DNA of 38,950 nt from a virus (Duplodnaviria; Caudoviricetes): positions 1-38,950 of the IMG/VR virus record IMGVR_UViG_3300016484_000093. The stretch is one strand, 5' to 3'. Under the pieces are notes generated by a model. It was not told the origin of the DNA. It worked only from the letters and a program-made list of their open reading frames with translations, and searched no databases. Positions 5,683 through 15,224 of the stretch are shown here, one piece after another; within the stretch, counting starts at the first letter, position 1, and every line of letters begins with the position of its first letter. The position numbers and the translations under genes are program-made.

Positions 5683-6931
5683 CTTCAGTCTTCTAAAGTG
5701 GCAACAAGATGTATTTAAAGACCCTACACGCTTTAAGGTTATTGCTGCAGGTCGTCGATGTGGTAAGTCAAGATTATCTGCTGTAACGCTGTTAATTGAA
5801 GGTATTAACTGTCCTGAAGGTTCTAGCGTGATGTATGTAGCTCCGACGTTAGGACAAGCGAGAACGATTATTTGGGACTTGTTGATGGACTTAGGTAGAC
5901 CAATTATCAAATCTGCTCACGTCAACAACTTAGAGATTACTTTAGTTAATAATAGAAAAATTCTAGTACGTGGTGCTGATAATCCAGACAGTCTTCGTGG
6001 CGTGAGCTTAACTTATCTTGTAATGGACGAATGTGCGTTTATCAAAAGCGAGATTTGGGAGAAAGTACTTCGTGCTGCTTTGTCGGATAAGAAGGGTAGA
6101 GCAATGTTTATCTCTACACCATCAGGACGTAACCACTTCTATGACTGGTATCAGTTAGGTCAAAGTGGTAACGATGAAGAATGGAAATCTTGGCACTTTA
6201 CGACTGCAGACAATGAGACGATTGACCCTAAAGAAATCGAAGCTGCAAAACGAACACTCAGTTCATTTGCGTTCAAACAAGAGTACTTGTCTTCTTTCGA
6301 TAACGCTGGTGCGGGATTGTTCAAAGAAGAATGGATTAAGTTCGGTGAAGAACCGACGCATGGTTCGTGGTATATCGCAGTAGACTTAGCTGGCTTTGAA
6401 GACGTAGCGAAGAACGCTAACGCTTCTAAGAAGAGACTTGACCAATCAGCCATTGCTGTTGTAAAGGTAACTGAAGATGGTAAATGGTATGTGGAAAAGA
6501 TTGAAGCAGGTCGTTGGGACATCCAGACTACTGCTGTCAACATTCTTAAGAACATTCGTGAATATGAGCCTTTAGCGGTTGGTATTGAACGAGGTGCGCT
6601 TAAGAATGCTGTATTGCCGTATCTCAGTGATTTAATGCGTAAGAACAACTGTTACGCTCATATCGCTGATTTGACGCACGGTAACAAGAAGAAAGTAGAT
6701 AGGGTTGTCTGGGCGCTACAGGGACGCTTTGAACACGGTAGAATAATCCTCAACGCTGAGGAAGACTTTGACGAGTTCGTAGACCAACTGTTGATGTTCC
6801 CTACACCGAATGTACACGATGACTTACCAGACGCATTGTCGTACATAGACCAACTAGCCGTTACAAGCTACTTTGACGGTGAAGATGACCAAGACGACTG
6901 GGAAGCATTAGACGTAGTTTCAGGATACTAA
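5669..6931 (+). CDS. terL: Terminase large subunit
   Basis: Walker A AGRRCGKS, Walker B LVMDE, ISTP coupling motif, and nuclease motifs IAVDLA and HDDLPDA. Confidence 0.97.
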   Translation: MTQLNFSLLKWQQDVFKDPTRFKVIAAGRRCGKSRLSAVTLLIEGINCPEGSSVMYVAPTLGQARTIIWDLLMDLGRPIIKSAHVNNLEITLVNNRKILVRGADNPDSLRGVSLTYLVMDECAFIKSEIWEKVLRAALSDKKGRAMFISTPSGRNHFYDWYQLGQSGNDEEWKSWHFTTADNETIDPKEIEAAKRTLSSFAFKQEYLSSFDNAGAGLFKEEWIKFGEEPTHGSWYIAVDLAGFEDVAKNANASKKRLDQSAIAVVKVTEDGKWYVEKIEAGRWDIQTTAVNILKNIREYEPLAVGIERGALKNAVLPYLSDLMRKNNCYAHIADLTHGNKKKVDRVVWALQGRFEHGRIILNAEEDFDEFVDQLLMFPTPNVHDDLPDALSYIDQLAVTSYFDGEDDQDDWEALDVVSGY

Positions 6932-6932
6932 C

Positions 6933-7412
6933 ATGGATAAAAGATTATTAGATGGCTGTCCTTTACCACTTCAGAATAATAAACTGAATGTAAAGAATCA
7001 TTTGTATACGATTGAGAATCATGGCTTAGGTCCAGCAGACCCACGACAGCCTAATACAGAATTCTGGAGACAAAAAGCATTACGCTGGAACTGTACAGAA
7101 GGAGACGCTCGTGGTCGTCTATGTGCCAACTGTGAGCATTATGTTAATACAAAACAGATTCAAGACTGTATTGCAAATGGTCCTGCATACGATTTAAAAG
7201 CGTCACAACTTCCTCTAACACCTAAATGGGCTGATATTGAGTCACATCCTGTAGCCTATTGCACCAAATTTGATATTACTTGTTCTCCAGTGCGTACCTG
7301 TGATGAACAAGAAATGGGTGGTCCTATTGATGATGAGCGTATGAAATGTCAGTCAATGGAAGAAGACGACTCAGAATATGAAGATGTATTTAAAGATTCA
7401 ACCGAAGACTAA
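6933..7412 (+). CDS. Cys-rich hypothetical protein
   Basis: CANC...YC...ITC...TC pattern; acidic tail; located between terL and portal. Confidence 0.8.
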   Translation: MDKRLLDGCPLPLQNNKLNVKNHLYTIENHGLGPADPRQPNTEFWRQKALRWNCTEGDARGRLCANCEHYVNTKQIQDCIANGPAYDLKASQLPLTPKWADIESHPVAYCTKFDITCSPVRTCDEQEMGGPIDDERMKCQSMEEDDSEYEDVFKDSTED

Positions 7413-7420
7413 GGAAAATC

Positions 7421-9415
7421 ATGGCTGAAAAACAAACTAGCGTTCAGTGGGACTTACCAACTGAGTCTGACAATGAATTAGTGTCTTTTGTGGTTGACCA
7501 CTGCAATCGCTGGAGAGACCACAGAGACGAGAACTTTTTAGAAGATTGGCAAGAGTACGAACGTATCTTCCGTGGTATCTGGGATTCTTCTGACGTTACT
7601 CGTGCTTCTGAGCGTAGTCGTCTAATCAGCCCTGCTACACAGCAAGCGGTAGAGACACGCCATGCTGAGATTATGGAAGCAATCTTTGGCTCTGGCGAAT
7701 ACTTTGACATTTCTGATGACATCTCTGACTACAATCAGAATCCATTTGATGTTGAAGCTATGAAGCTCAAGCTCAAAGAAGACATGGACAACAAGGGTAA
7801 GATTCGTAAAGCAATCGACCAAGTTGAACTGATGGCTGAGATTTACGGTACAGGTATCTGTGAATTAGTTGTTAAGCAAGAGAAAGAACTGATTCCTACA
7901 ACAATGCCTATTCCTGGCTCTAACCAAGCAGCCTACGGTGTACAAGAAAAAGACTATTTCTGTGTTAAGTACGTCCCTGTAAACCCTAAGAACTTCTTGA
8001 TTGACCCTAACGCTACTTCTGTCGAAGATGCTATGGGTGTTGCTATTGAGAAGTTTGTGTCTATTCACAAGGTTGTGGAAGGCATGGAAAAGGGTATTTA
8101 CAAGAAAGCTGATGTTGGTCCTTACGGCGTTGATGACGACCTAGAGCCAACACAGATGGATGTACAGTACCAAGATGAGAAAGTTAAGCTATTGACATAC
8201 TATGGCTTAGTTCCTCGTGAATACTTAGAACAGTTAGAGAACGATGGTGAAGAAGTTGTTGACTTGTTCCCTGAATCATCTACAGCAGACAAGTACAGCG
8301 GTTTAGTTGAAGCTATCATCGTTATCGCTAACGACGGTATCTTGTTAAAGGCTGAAAAGAACCCTTACATGATGATGGACCGTCCTGTCGTAGCTTATCA
8401 GGATGACACAGTTCCTAATCGTTTTTGGGGTCGTGGTACAGTAGAAAAAGCATACAATATGCAAAAAGCTATTGATGCACAGCTTCGTAGCCATTTAGAC
8501 AGCTTAGCCTTGACTACAGCTCCGATGATTGCGATGGATGCTACACGTCTACCACGTGGTGCTAGATTTGAAGTTAAACCTGGTAAAGCAATCCTCACTA
8601 ACGGCTCTCCTTCAGAGATTCTGTATCCGTTTAAGTTCGGTCAGACTAGCCCTGAGAACGCTGCTACAGCTCAGAACTTCGAGCGTATGCTTCTACAGGC
8701 TACAGGTACGCTAGATAGCCAAGGCGTTGTTACAGCCGCTACTCGTGACGCTTCAGGTGCTACGATGTCTATGGCTATGGCAGGCATCATTAAGAAGTAC
8801 AAGCGTACTCTAACGAACTTCCAAGAAGACTTTATGATTCCTTTGGTGAAGAAGACTGCTTATCGTTATATGCAGTTTGACCCAGAGAACTATCCTTCTG
8901 TTGACTTTAAGTTCCTACCAACAGCAACATTGGGCTTGATGGCTCGTGAATACGAACAAGCACAGATGATTGGATTGTTACAGACACTCGGTCCTGATAC
9001 TCCTGTATTGCCAGTGCTTCTGAAGGGTATTATTGGCAATTCTAGCCTGTCTAACCGTGCTGAATTGATTCAAACATTAGACCAGATGATGCAGCCTAAC
9101 CCAGAACAGCAGCAAATGGCTCAGATGGCTCAGCAAATGCAGATGGAACAGGCTCAAGCACAGACCCAATCACTACAAGCTAAGGCTCAAAAAGACATGG
9201 CTGACGCTCAAAAGACTATGGTTGAAGCTCAATTAGCCCCTGAAGAGGTGCGTGCTAAGGTCATTAGCTCTTTGTCTACCAATTTACGTGGTCAAGAGAC
9301 CGAATCTGACTTCGCTAAGCGTGCCAAGATTGCTGAATTGCTCTTAAAAGAAGAAGATATTAAGAACAAAGGCAAGATTGTAGAGATGCAGATGCGTAAG
9401 AACGGTCAAATGTAA
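7421..9415 (+). CDS. Portal (head-tail connector) protein
   Basis: 664 aa after terminase; FWGRG motif; Q/M-rich C-terminal helical extension as in P22-type portals. Confidence 0.92.
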   Translation: MAEKQTSVQWDLPTESDNELVSFVVDHCNRWRDHRDENFLEDWQEYERIFRGIWDSSDVTRASERSRLISPATQQAVETRHAEIMEAIFGSGEYFDISDDISDYNQNPFDVEAMKLKLKEDMDNKGKIRKAIDQVELMAEIYGTGICELVVKQEKELIPTTMPIPGSNQAAYGVQEKDYFCVKYVPVNPKNFLIDPNATSVEDAMGVAIEKFVSIHKVVEGMEKGIYKKADVGPYGVDDDLEPTQMDVQYQDEKVKLLTYYGLVPREYLEQLENDGEEVVDLFPESSTADKYSGLVEAIIVIANDGILLKAEKNPYMMMDRPVVAYQDDTVPNRFWGRGTVEKAYNMQKAIDAQLRSHLDSLALTTAPMIAMDATRLPRGARFEVKPGKAILTNGSPSEILYPFKFGQTSPENAATAQNFERMLLQATGTLDSQGVVTAATRDASGATMSMAMAGIIKKYKRTLTNFQEDFMIPLVKKTAYRYMQFDPENYPSVDFKFLPTATLGLMAREYEQAQMIGLLQTLGPDTPVLPVLLKGIIGNSSLSNRAELIQTLDQMMQPNPEQQQMAQMAQQMQMEQAQAQTQSLQAKAQKDMADAQKTMVEAQLAPEEVRAKVISSLSTNLRGQETESDFAKRAKIAELLLKEEDIKNKGKIVEMQMRKNGQM

Positions 9416-9423
9416 GAAATTGC

Positions 9424-9452
9424 TTGACAAAACCACAAAAGTGTGGTAGAAT
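9424..9452 (+). promoter_or_regulatory. Sigma70-type promoter of the head operon
   Basis: TTGACA-N17-TAGAAT with extended -10 TG. Confidence 0.85.
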
Positions 9453-9491
9453 TACAACACAATTAACAACATTCTCCGAAAAGGACAAAGA

Positions 9492-9743
9492 ATGATAGAA
9501 CAAAAGTTACAAACTTATTATGAAGACCGATTTTCTATGATGTCTTCACAGGGTTGGCAGGATTTGATGGACGATGTACAGAAAATGTACGATTCTTTGA
9601 ATCAAGTAATGCCAATCACTACAGAACAAGACTTGCACCTACGTCGAGGACAGTTAGATTTGCTAAATTGGCTTCTAAACCTCAAGAGTGCTAGTGAAAC
9701 AGCCTACGAACAGCTCATGTCGGGAGACAGCAGTGAGTCGTAG
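9492..9743 (+). CDS. Conserved head-region hypothetical protein
   Basis: 83-aa helical ORF (GW...RRGQL) following the portal; AAGGA ribosome-binding site. Confidence 0.8.
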   Translation: MIEQKLQTYYEDRFSMMSSQGWQDLMDDVQKMYDSLNQVMPITTEQDLHLRRGQLDLLNWLLNLKSASETAYEQLMSGDSSES

Positions 9744-9969
9744 AATATATGAATTCCGTTGTAATGACGGACATATCACAGAAAAATACATCGGTTATGA
9801 GACGACTGTAATTGACTGTGATGTTTGCGGACAAGCTGCTAATCGGATTGTATCAGCCCCTAGAGTTGAGTTAGACGGCACAGACCCAGTCTATGTCTCT
9901 GCTTACGATAAGTGGGCTAAAGTACGTGAAGAGAAAGCCAGACTAGAACGCAAACAAAATCAAGCCTGA
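9733..9969 (+). CDS. FmdB-like zinc-ribbon protein
   Basis: YEFRC..GH...CDVCG...RIVSAP; GTG start at 9733 after GGAGA. Confidence 0.8.
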   Translation: MSRRIYEFRCNDGHITEKYIGYETTVIDCDVCGQAANRIVSAPRVELDGTDPVYVSAYDKWAKVREEKARLERKQNQA

Positions 9970-10043
9970 GATACTCCATTCGGACCTCAGAATATTAATC
10001 CTAAAATCACTTGATGTACTCAAGTTTGACAGGAGAACTTTAA

Positions 10044-10877
10044 ATGGCAGCAAACTTTATTGAACAGGAAGAACTGTTTCAAAGCAATGAGCAAGAAGTA
10101 GTACAAGATATTACAACACCTGAAACTGACACAACAGCGTCAGATAACTCAGTAGAAACAGTATCAAAACAAGAACCAGTAGATGAGTTACCTGAGAAGT
10201 ATAAAGGTAAAACAGCTGCAGAGATTGCTAAGATGCACATGGAAGCTGAAAAGCTCATCGGCAGACAAGCAAACGAGGTTCACGAAGTACGAAGTCTTGC
10301 AGACCAGCTTTTAAAACAGCAACTCGAAGCCAGTCAAAAGGTAGCTAAACAGCCTATTGAAGAATCGCAGGACGAAGATTTCTTCGCAGACCCTGAAAAA
10401 GCTGTATTGAAAACTGTAGAGAAGCATCCTGCAGTTCAAGAAGCAAAAGCAGCTGCGCTAGAACTGAAGAAGATGAAAACAGCCCAACAACTGGCTGCTA
10501 AACATCCCGACTTTGTAAGTATTGCACAAGATGCAGGTTTCCAAGAGTGGGTCAAATCTTCAGCGATTAGATTGCAGTTGTTTGCTAAAGCTGATGCGGA
10601 ATATGACTTTGACTCTGCTGATGAATTGCTCAGTACCTATAAGGAATTGAAGTCAATCAAAGCAAGTCAACAAGTACAGAAGACGCAAGAAGTTGAAGCT
10701 AAGGCTCAAGAACAAGCAATGAAAGCTGCAACAGTTGATGTCGGTGGAACAGGCGAAGCTAGTCGTAAGATTTATCGTCGTGCTGACCTTATTAAATTGA
10801 GAATGACCGACCCTGAGCGCTATATGCAAATGTCTGATGAGATTATGCAAGCATATCAGGAAGGGAGAGTGAAATAA
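10044..10877 (+). CDS. Capsid scaffolding protein
   Basis: Acidic, coiled-coil, LPEKYKGK motif, upstream of the major capsid gene. Confidence 0.85.
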   Translation: MAANFIEQEELFQSNEQEVVQDITTPETDTTASDNSVETVSKQEPVDELPEKYKGKTAAEIAKMHMEAEKLIGRQANEVHEVRSLADQLLKQQLEASQKVAKQPIEESQDEDFFADPEKAVLKTVEKHPAVQEAKAAALELKKMKTAQQLAAKHPDFVSIAQDAGFQEWVKSSAIRLQLFAKADAEYDFDSADELLSTYKELKSIKASQQVQKTQEVEAKAQEQAMKAATVDVGGTGEASRKIYRRADLIKLRMTDPERYMQMSDEIMQAYQEGRVK

Positions 10878-11287
10878 TGTTGGAGACAGACAAGGCATGG
10901 TTTGCTGGAATTATTGATGGTGAAGGTTGTATTTCGCTTGTTAAAAGAGGAAAGCATTTTGTTCCTTCTGTTAAAGTAGCAAATACAAATGAAACATTAA
11001 TAAATAGATGTAAACAACTGTTGTCTGAAGCTGGTATAGAATATTATGTTCGGTATTCTGATAGAACTGAACGTAAGAACGCAAAACCAGCGTGGGAAAT
11101 AGTGATGGAATCACGACCTAGAGTTATTTCTTTTCTTACACTAATTTATCCATATTTGGTTGCAAAACAAACGCAAGCAGATTTAGTTTTAGATTGGTGT
11201 AGTAAAGGAAAACGAAAGAAAGAAGATACCGAAGTAAATTATATCCCTAACATTAGAAAACTTAATCTTCGTGGTCGAGTCAATTAA
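10877..11287 (+). mobile_element. Freestanding single-motif LAGLIDADG homing endonuclease
   Basis: WFAGIIDGEGCI motif and IYPYLVAKQTQA C-terminal signature; A/T-richer than its neighbours. Confidence 0.9.
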
Positions 11288-11321
11288 GTAATTTTAGAAT
11301 TAATCATTTAGGAGTTTTAAC

Positions 11322-12293
11322 ATGGCAAAAGTAGCATATCCAGGCGGTAGTTCATCTATCGTTAACAACACAAACGCAGCAACATTTATTCCAGAGATTT
11401 GGAGTGATGAGGTTGTTGCCGCTTATAAAAAGAACTTAGTTTTGGCTAATTTGGTTCGCAAGATGTCTTTCCGTGGTAAGAAGGGTGACACATTGCATAT
11501 GCCTAAGCCAACTCGTGGCACAGCAACAGCTAAGGCAGCTAACACACAAGTTACTATCCAAGCTGATACTGAGTCTGAAGTTCAGATTTTGATTAACAAA
11601 CATTTCGAGTACTCACGTTTCATCGAAGACATCACTGAAGTTCAAGCATTGGCTTCTATGCGTTCTTTCTATACAGAAGACGCTGGTTATGCATTGGCTA
11701 AGCAAGTTGACGACGAGTTGTTACAGTTGGGTAAGACTTTTGGCGACGACAACGGTTCTGGTTCTGACTGGGTTCACTCAAACAGCTTCTACATCGACGC
11801 TTCTACTGGTTTGACAGCTTATGCTGCTGATACAGTTATCGATGCTGACGTGTTCACTGACGCTGGTTTCCGTGCTTTGATTAAGCGCATGGACGATGCT
11901 GACGTTCCAATGGATGGTCGTTTCTTCGTTGTTCCTCCATCAGTTCGTCAAGCTATCATGGGTATCGACCGTTACAACAGCTCTGACTTCGTTGATGGTC
12001 GTGGTGTTCAGAATGGTCAAATCGGTTCATTGTACGGTATTGATATTTATGTATCAAGCAACTGTCCAGTAATCGAAACTAACGCTGACAACACTGCTGT
12101 TGGTAACTCTGTTGACATCAAGGCTGCTATCTTGGCACACCGTGACACAATGGTGTTGGCTGAGCAGTTAGGTGTTCGTTCACAAACTCAGTACAAACAA
12201 GAATACTTGTCTACACTCTACACTGCTGACACATTGTTCGGCGTGAAGACTGTACGTCCAGAAGCTGGTTTCGTACTCGCAGTAAACGGCTAA
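11322..12293 (+). CDS. Major capsid protein
   Basis: 323 aa; FIPEIWS, GDTLHMP, GYALAKQVD and DTLFG motifs; strong codon bias; followed by a terminator. Confidence 0.95.
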   Translation: MAKVAYPGGSSSIVNNTNAATFIPEIWSDEVVAAYKKNLVLANLVRKMSFRGKKGDTLHMPKPTRGTATAKAANTQVTIQADTESEVQILINKHFEYSRFIEDITEVQALASMRSFYTEDAGYALAKQVDDELLQLGKTFGDDNGSGSDWVHSNSFYIDASTGLTAYAADTVIDADVFTDAGFRALIKRMDDADVPMDGRFFVVPPSVRQAIMGIDRYNSSDFVDGRGVQNGQIGSLYGIDIYVSSNCPVIETNADNTAVGNSVDIKAAILAHRDTMVLAEQLGVRSQTQYKQEYLSTLYTADTLFGVKTVRPEAGFVLAVNG

Positions 12294-12300
12294 TAGCCTT

Positions 12301-12326
12301 GGCAGCCCTTCGGGGCTGTCTTTCTT
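12301..12326 (+). terminator. Intrinsic terminator after the capsid gene
   Basis: GGCAGCCC-TTCG-GGGCTGTC followed by TTTCTT. Confidence 0.85.
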
Positions 12327-12374
12327 AAGAGTTCTTCTCAGAGCTTTTAAGTAAGACACAGGGAGCTAATAAGT

Positions 12375-13451
12375 ATGGCGATATATCGTGGTCCTGGTGG
12401 TGCAGGAGACGCTACAGCGGATGCAGTTAGTGAAGCATCGCTGATTAAAAATTTAGCAGTAGAAGTTCAAGCCGATGCCGATGCTGCAGCTGCTTCAGCG
12501 ACTGCTGCCGCAGGCTCTGCTACGTCTGCAGCTACATCTGCGTCTTCAGCGTCTTCTTCAGCAAGCTCTGCAGCTACTTCAGCAACCAATGCTGCTAACT
12601 CAGCTTCTGCTTCGTCTACATCAGCATCTAATGCAGCCACATCAGCGACTAACGCTGCTAACTCTGCTACTGCTGCACAGACTGCAGAGACTAACGCAGA
12701 GACGGCAGAGACTAACGCTGCAGCTAGTGCAAGTGCTGCTGCTACGTCAGCTTCTCAAGCAAGTACATCAGCATCTAATGCTGCTACTTCAGCGACTAAC
12801 GCAAGTAACTCAGCCAGTGCTGCAGCGACTTCAGCAACAAATGCAAGTAACTCTGCGAGTGATGCTGCAACCAGTGCTACTAATGCAGCTAACTCAGCTA
12901 CATCAGCAAGTAACAGTGCAAGTACAGCTACTACTCAAGCTACGAATGCAGCCAATAGCGCAACTGCTGCTGCTACATCGGCAACTAACTCAGCTAACAG
13001 TGCTACTGCTTCGGCATCTAGTGCAACAGACTCAGCAGCTAGTGCTACGTTAGCTAATGATTGGGCTACGAAGACTTCAGGACCTGTAGCAGGTGGAGAA
13101 TACAGTGCTAAATATCATGCTCAACAAGCAGCAACTTCAGCATCTAACGCATCTAGCTCAGCATCAAGTGCTTCTACATCAGCAAGCAATGCAGCGTCTA
13201 GTGCATCAGCAGCAAGTACTTCAGCGTCTAACGCAGCAACTTCTGCTACTAATGCTGCCAATTCTGCCACTGCAGCAGCAAACTCTGCAACAGCAGCAGC
13301 GCAATCAGCAGCGGATGCAGCAGCAACATTAAGTTCTTCATTATTAAAAGCTAACAACTTATCTGATTTAACAAACGTAGCAACTGCTAGAACCAACTTA
13401 GGTGTAGACCCTGCTGGTACTGCTGTCGCTCTAGCCATCGCATTGGGATAA
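12375..13451 (+). CDS. Ala/Ser/Thr/Asn-rich fibre-like virion protein
   Basis: About 7-residue repeats (AATSATN/ASNSAS); C-terminal NNLSDL...ARTNLG and AVALAIALG motifs typical of phage fibres. Confidence 0.8.
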   Translation: MAIYRGPGGAGDATADAVSEASLIKNLAVEVQADADAAAASATAAAGSATSAATSASSASSSASSAATSATNAANSASASSTSASNAATSATNAANSATAAQTAETNAETAETNAAASASAAATSASQASTSASNAATSATNASNSASAAATSATNASNSASDAATSATNAANSATSASNSASTATTQATNAANSATAAATSATNSANSATASASSATDSAASATLANDWATKTSGPVAGGEYSAKYHAQQAATSASNASSSASSASTSASNAASSASAASTSASNAATSATNAANSATAAANSATAAAQSAADAAATLSSSLLKANNLSDLTNVATARTNLGVDPAGTAVALAIALG

Positions 13452-13454
13452 TAT

Positions 13455-13781
13455 ATGCCAAATACATTTAAGAATTTTCACTCTAAGAACGTAGGCACAA
13501 GTCCTGCTACAACTTATACTTGTCCTTCTGCAACACAGACTACTGCTATTGGCATGACTGTTGCTAACGTAAGTTCTAGTAACATTACTGTTGATGTTTA
13601 CATCACTGCAGGTGGTACTGATTATTACTTGGTTAAAGGTGCTACAGTTCCTGTCGGAGGTGCATTAGTACCTATCGGTGGAGACCAGAAAGTAGTATTA
13701 GAAGCTACTGATGCGATTAAAGTTCAATCTAGTGCAGCAACAAGTGCTGACGTTAATTTAAGTGTACTAGAAATATCATGA
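13455..13781 (+). CDS. Small beta-rich virion structural protein
   Basis: 108 aa; YTCPS...KVVLE...SVLEI pattern; resembles 18807..19151. Confidence 0.75.
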   Translation: MPNTFKNFHSKNVGTSPATTYTCPSATQTTAIGMTVANVSSSNITVDVYITAGGTDYYLVKGATVPVGGALVPIGGDQKVVLEATDAIKVQSSAATSADVNLSVLEIS

Positions 13782-14320
13782 TGAACTCTGGTATCTACAG
13801 AATAACACATATAGATACGGGTAAAATCTATATTGGTCAGTCTTGTAATTTAAAAGCTCGAGAACGTAGTCATAAAAATATTAAAAAGAATCATAATAAC
13901 TATTTGTCAAACGCAATACACAAACATGGTTGGGATTCTTTTAAGTTTGAAGTATTAGTATATGCTGAAGGAGTGGAGTACTTAAATCTTTTAGAAGAAG
14001 CAGCAATAAAAGCATTTGATTGTCTTTCTCCTAATGGATTTAATATACGAGCTGGCGGTAATAACTCACCAATGAGTGAGGAATCTAAAGCAAAAATGTC
14101 AGTACGAAAGAAACAAGACATTGCTACTGGAAAATGCCCAAGACCTATGAATATGACTGGCTTTAGACATTCGCCTGAAACTATTGAACACCTTAAACAA
14201 GTACATAAAGGTAGACAGTTTTCTGAGGCTACTAAAGAAAAACTTAGAGAAGCTGCTAAACTTAAATGGCAGAATCCTGAGTATCGTGAAAAAGTATTAA
14301 AAGCGAAAGGGATTAGCTAA
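13778..14320 (+). mobile_element. Freestanding GIY-YIG homing endonuclease (NUMOD3-like repeats)
   Basis: GIYRI...IYIGQS, conserved R, E and GFN residues; SEESKAKMS / HSPET / SEATKEKL repeats. Confidence 0.92.
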
Positions 14321-14934
14321 TGAGCTATATCGGAACTAAACCACAGATAGCTACTACATTAGCTGATAACATTGTTACGGCTGATAAGATTGCTTCAGGT
14401 GCAGTAACTGACCCAAAGATTGCTGCTATGGCAGCGTCTAAGCTATCAGGTGTAATCCCTGATGCTAATGCTCCAATCGGTAGTGTGATACAGGTTGTTA
14501 ATTCAACACTATCATCTAGCACAACGACTTCATCAAGCTCCTATCAATCCACAGGCTTGTCTGCATCAATTATTCCAAGAGCAACAACAAGCCAGATTAT
14601 GGTTGTTGCATACGCTTCTGTTTTGGCAAACAACTCTAATAATACAGGCTTTCATGAGGCTCTTGGTTTAGTAGGCTTATTTAGAAATGGAAGTCTAATT
14701 GAAGAATTGCAAGTGGGCTGGACTTTATCTGGAGTAAGTGGGTTTAAAGATTGGCAAGGAGCTGTTACATTTTCTTTAGTGGATTCTCCAAGCACAACGT
14801 CTTCATGCACATATGATTTGAGAATAAGGTCTGGCAGCTCTAGCTTTGCAATGACATTTAGAAATACAGCACAATATCCTAGTGGTGGAACTAATTCAAA
14901 CCCTAGATTGACACTTATGGAGATTGCAGCGTGA
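14320..14934 (+). CDS. Tail fibre/spike-associated structural protein
   Basis: MSYIG N-terminus; GSVIQVV...DSPSTTS...LTLMEIAA domain. Confidence 0.75.
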   Translation: MSYIGTKPQIATTLADNIVTADKIASGAVTDPKIAAMAASKLSGVIPDANAPIGSVIQVVNSTLSSSTTTSSSSYQSTGLSASIIPRATTSQIMVVAYASVLANNSNNTGFHEALGLVGLFRNGSLIEELQVGWTLSGVSGFKDWQGAVTFSLVDSPSTTSSCTYDLRIRSGSSSFAMTFRNTAQYPSGGTNSNPRLTLMEIAA

Positions 14935-15224
14935 TTACCAAACTACAAGCTATTATCTCTCTTGTACCTAATGCTGAAGTCACTATTCGTGGTGATGAGA
15001 TTGAATGGCATATTCCATCAATATCGCCAGTAACCGATGCTCAGATTGATGCGGAAATCGCTCGCCTCCAAGCTGAGTACGATGCCAACGAATACCAACG
15101 CAAAAGAGCCGCTGAATACCCATCATTCGCTGACCAGTTCGATTTACTTTATCACGGTGGTTATGATGCTTGGAAAGCCTCAATTGATGCTGTTAAAGCT
15201 AAATATCCTAAAGGAACAGTATGA
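14931..15224 (+). CDS. Probable tail fibre assembly chaperone
   Basis: YQRKRAAEYPS..DQFDLLYH...VKAKYPK motif following a fibre gene. Confidence 0.7.
   Translation: MITKLQAIISLVPNAEVTIRGDEIEWHIPSISPVTDAQIDAEIARLQAEYDANEYQRKRAAEYPSFADQFDLLYHGGYDAWKASIDAVKAKYPKGTV

Noticed and set aside
5214-8714. Antisense and out-of-frame ORFs within terS, terL and portal (and similar ones in nrdJ, polA and helicase)
   Set aside because: Shadows of codon-biased real genes; no motifs or RBS.
10833-10845. Other CTGATGA hammerhead-like cores (also near 7713 and 10618)
   Set aside because: They lie inside coding sequence, and I saw no stem II/GAAA/stem III arrangement.
10877-11321. Group I intron or intein hosting the LAGLIDADG ORF
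   Set aside because: The flanking genes are intact, there is no space for an intron core, and there are no intein splice residues.
12475-13438. Leu/Gln-rich and antisense Ala-rich ORFs over the fibre gene
   Set aside because: Frame shadows of the low-complexity repeat.
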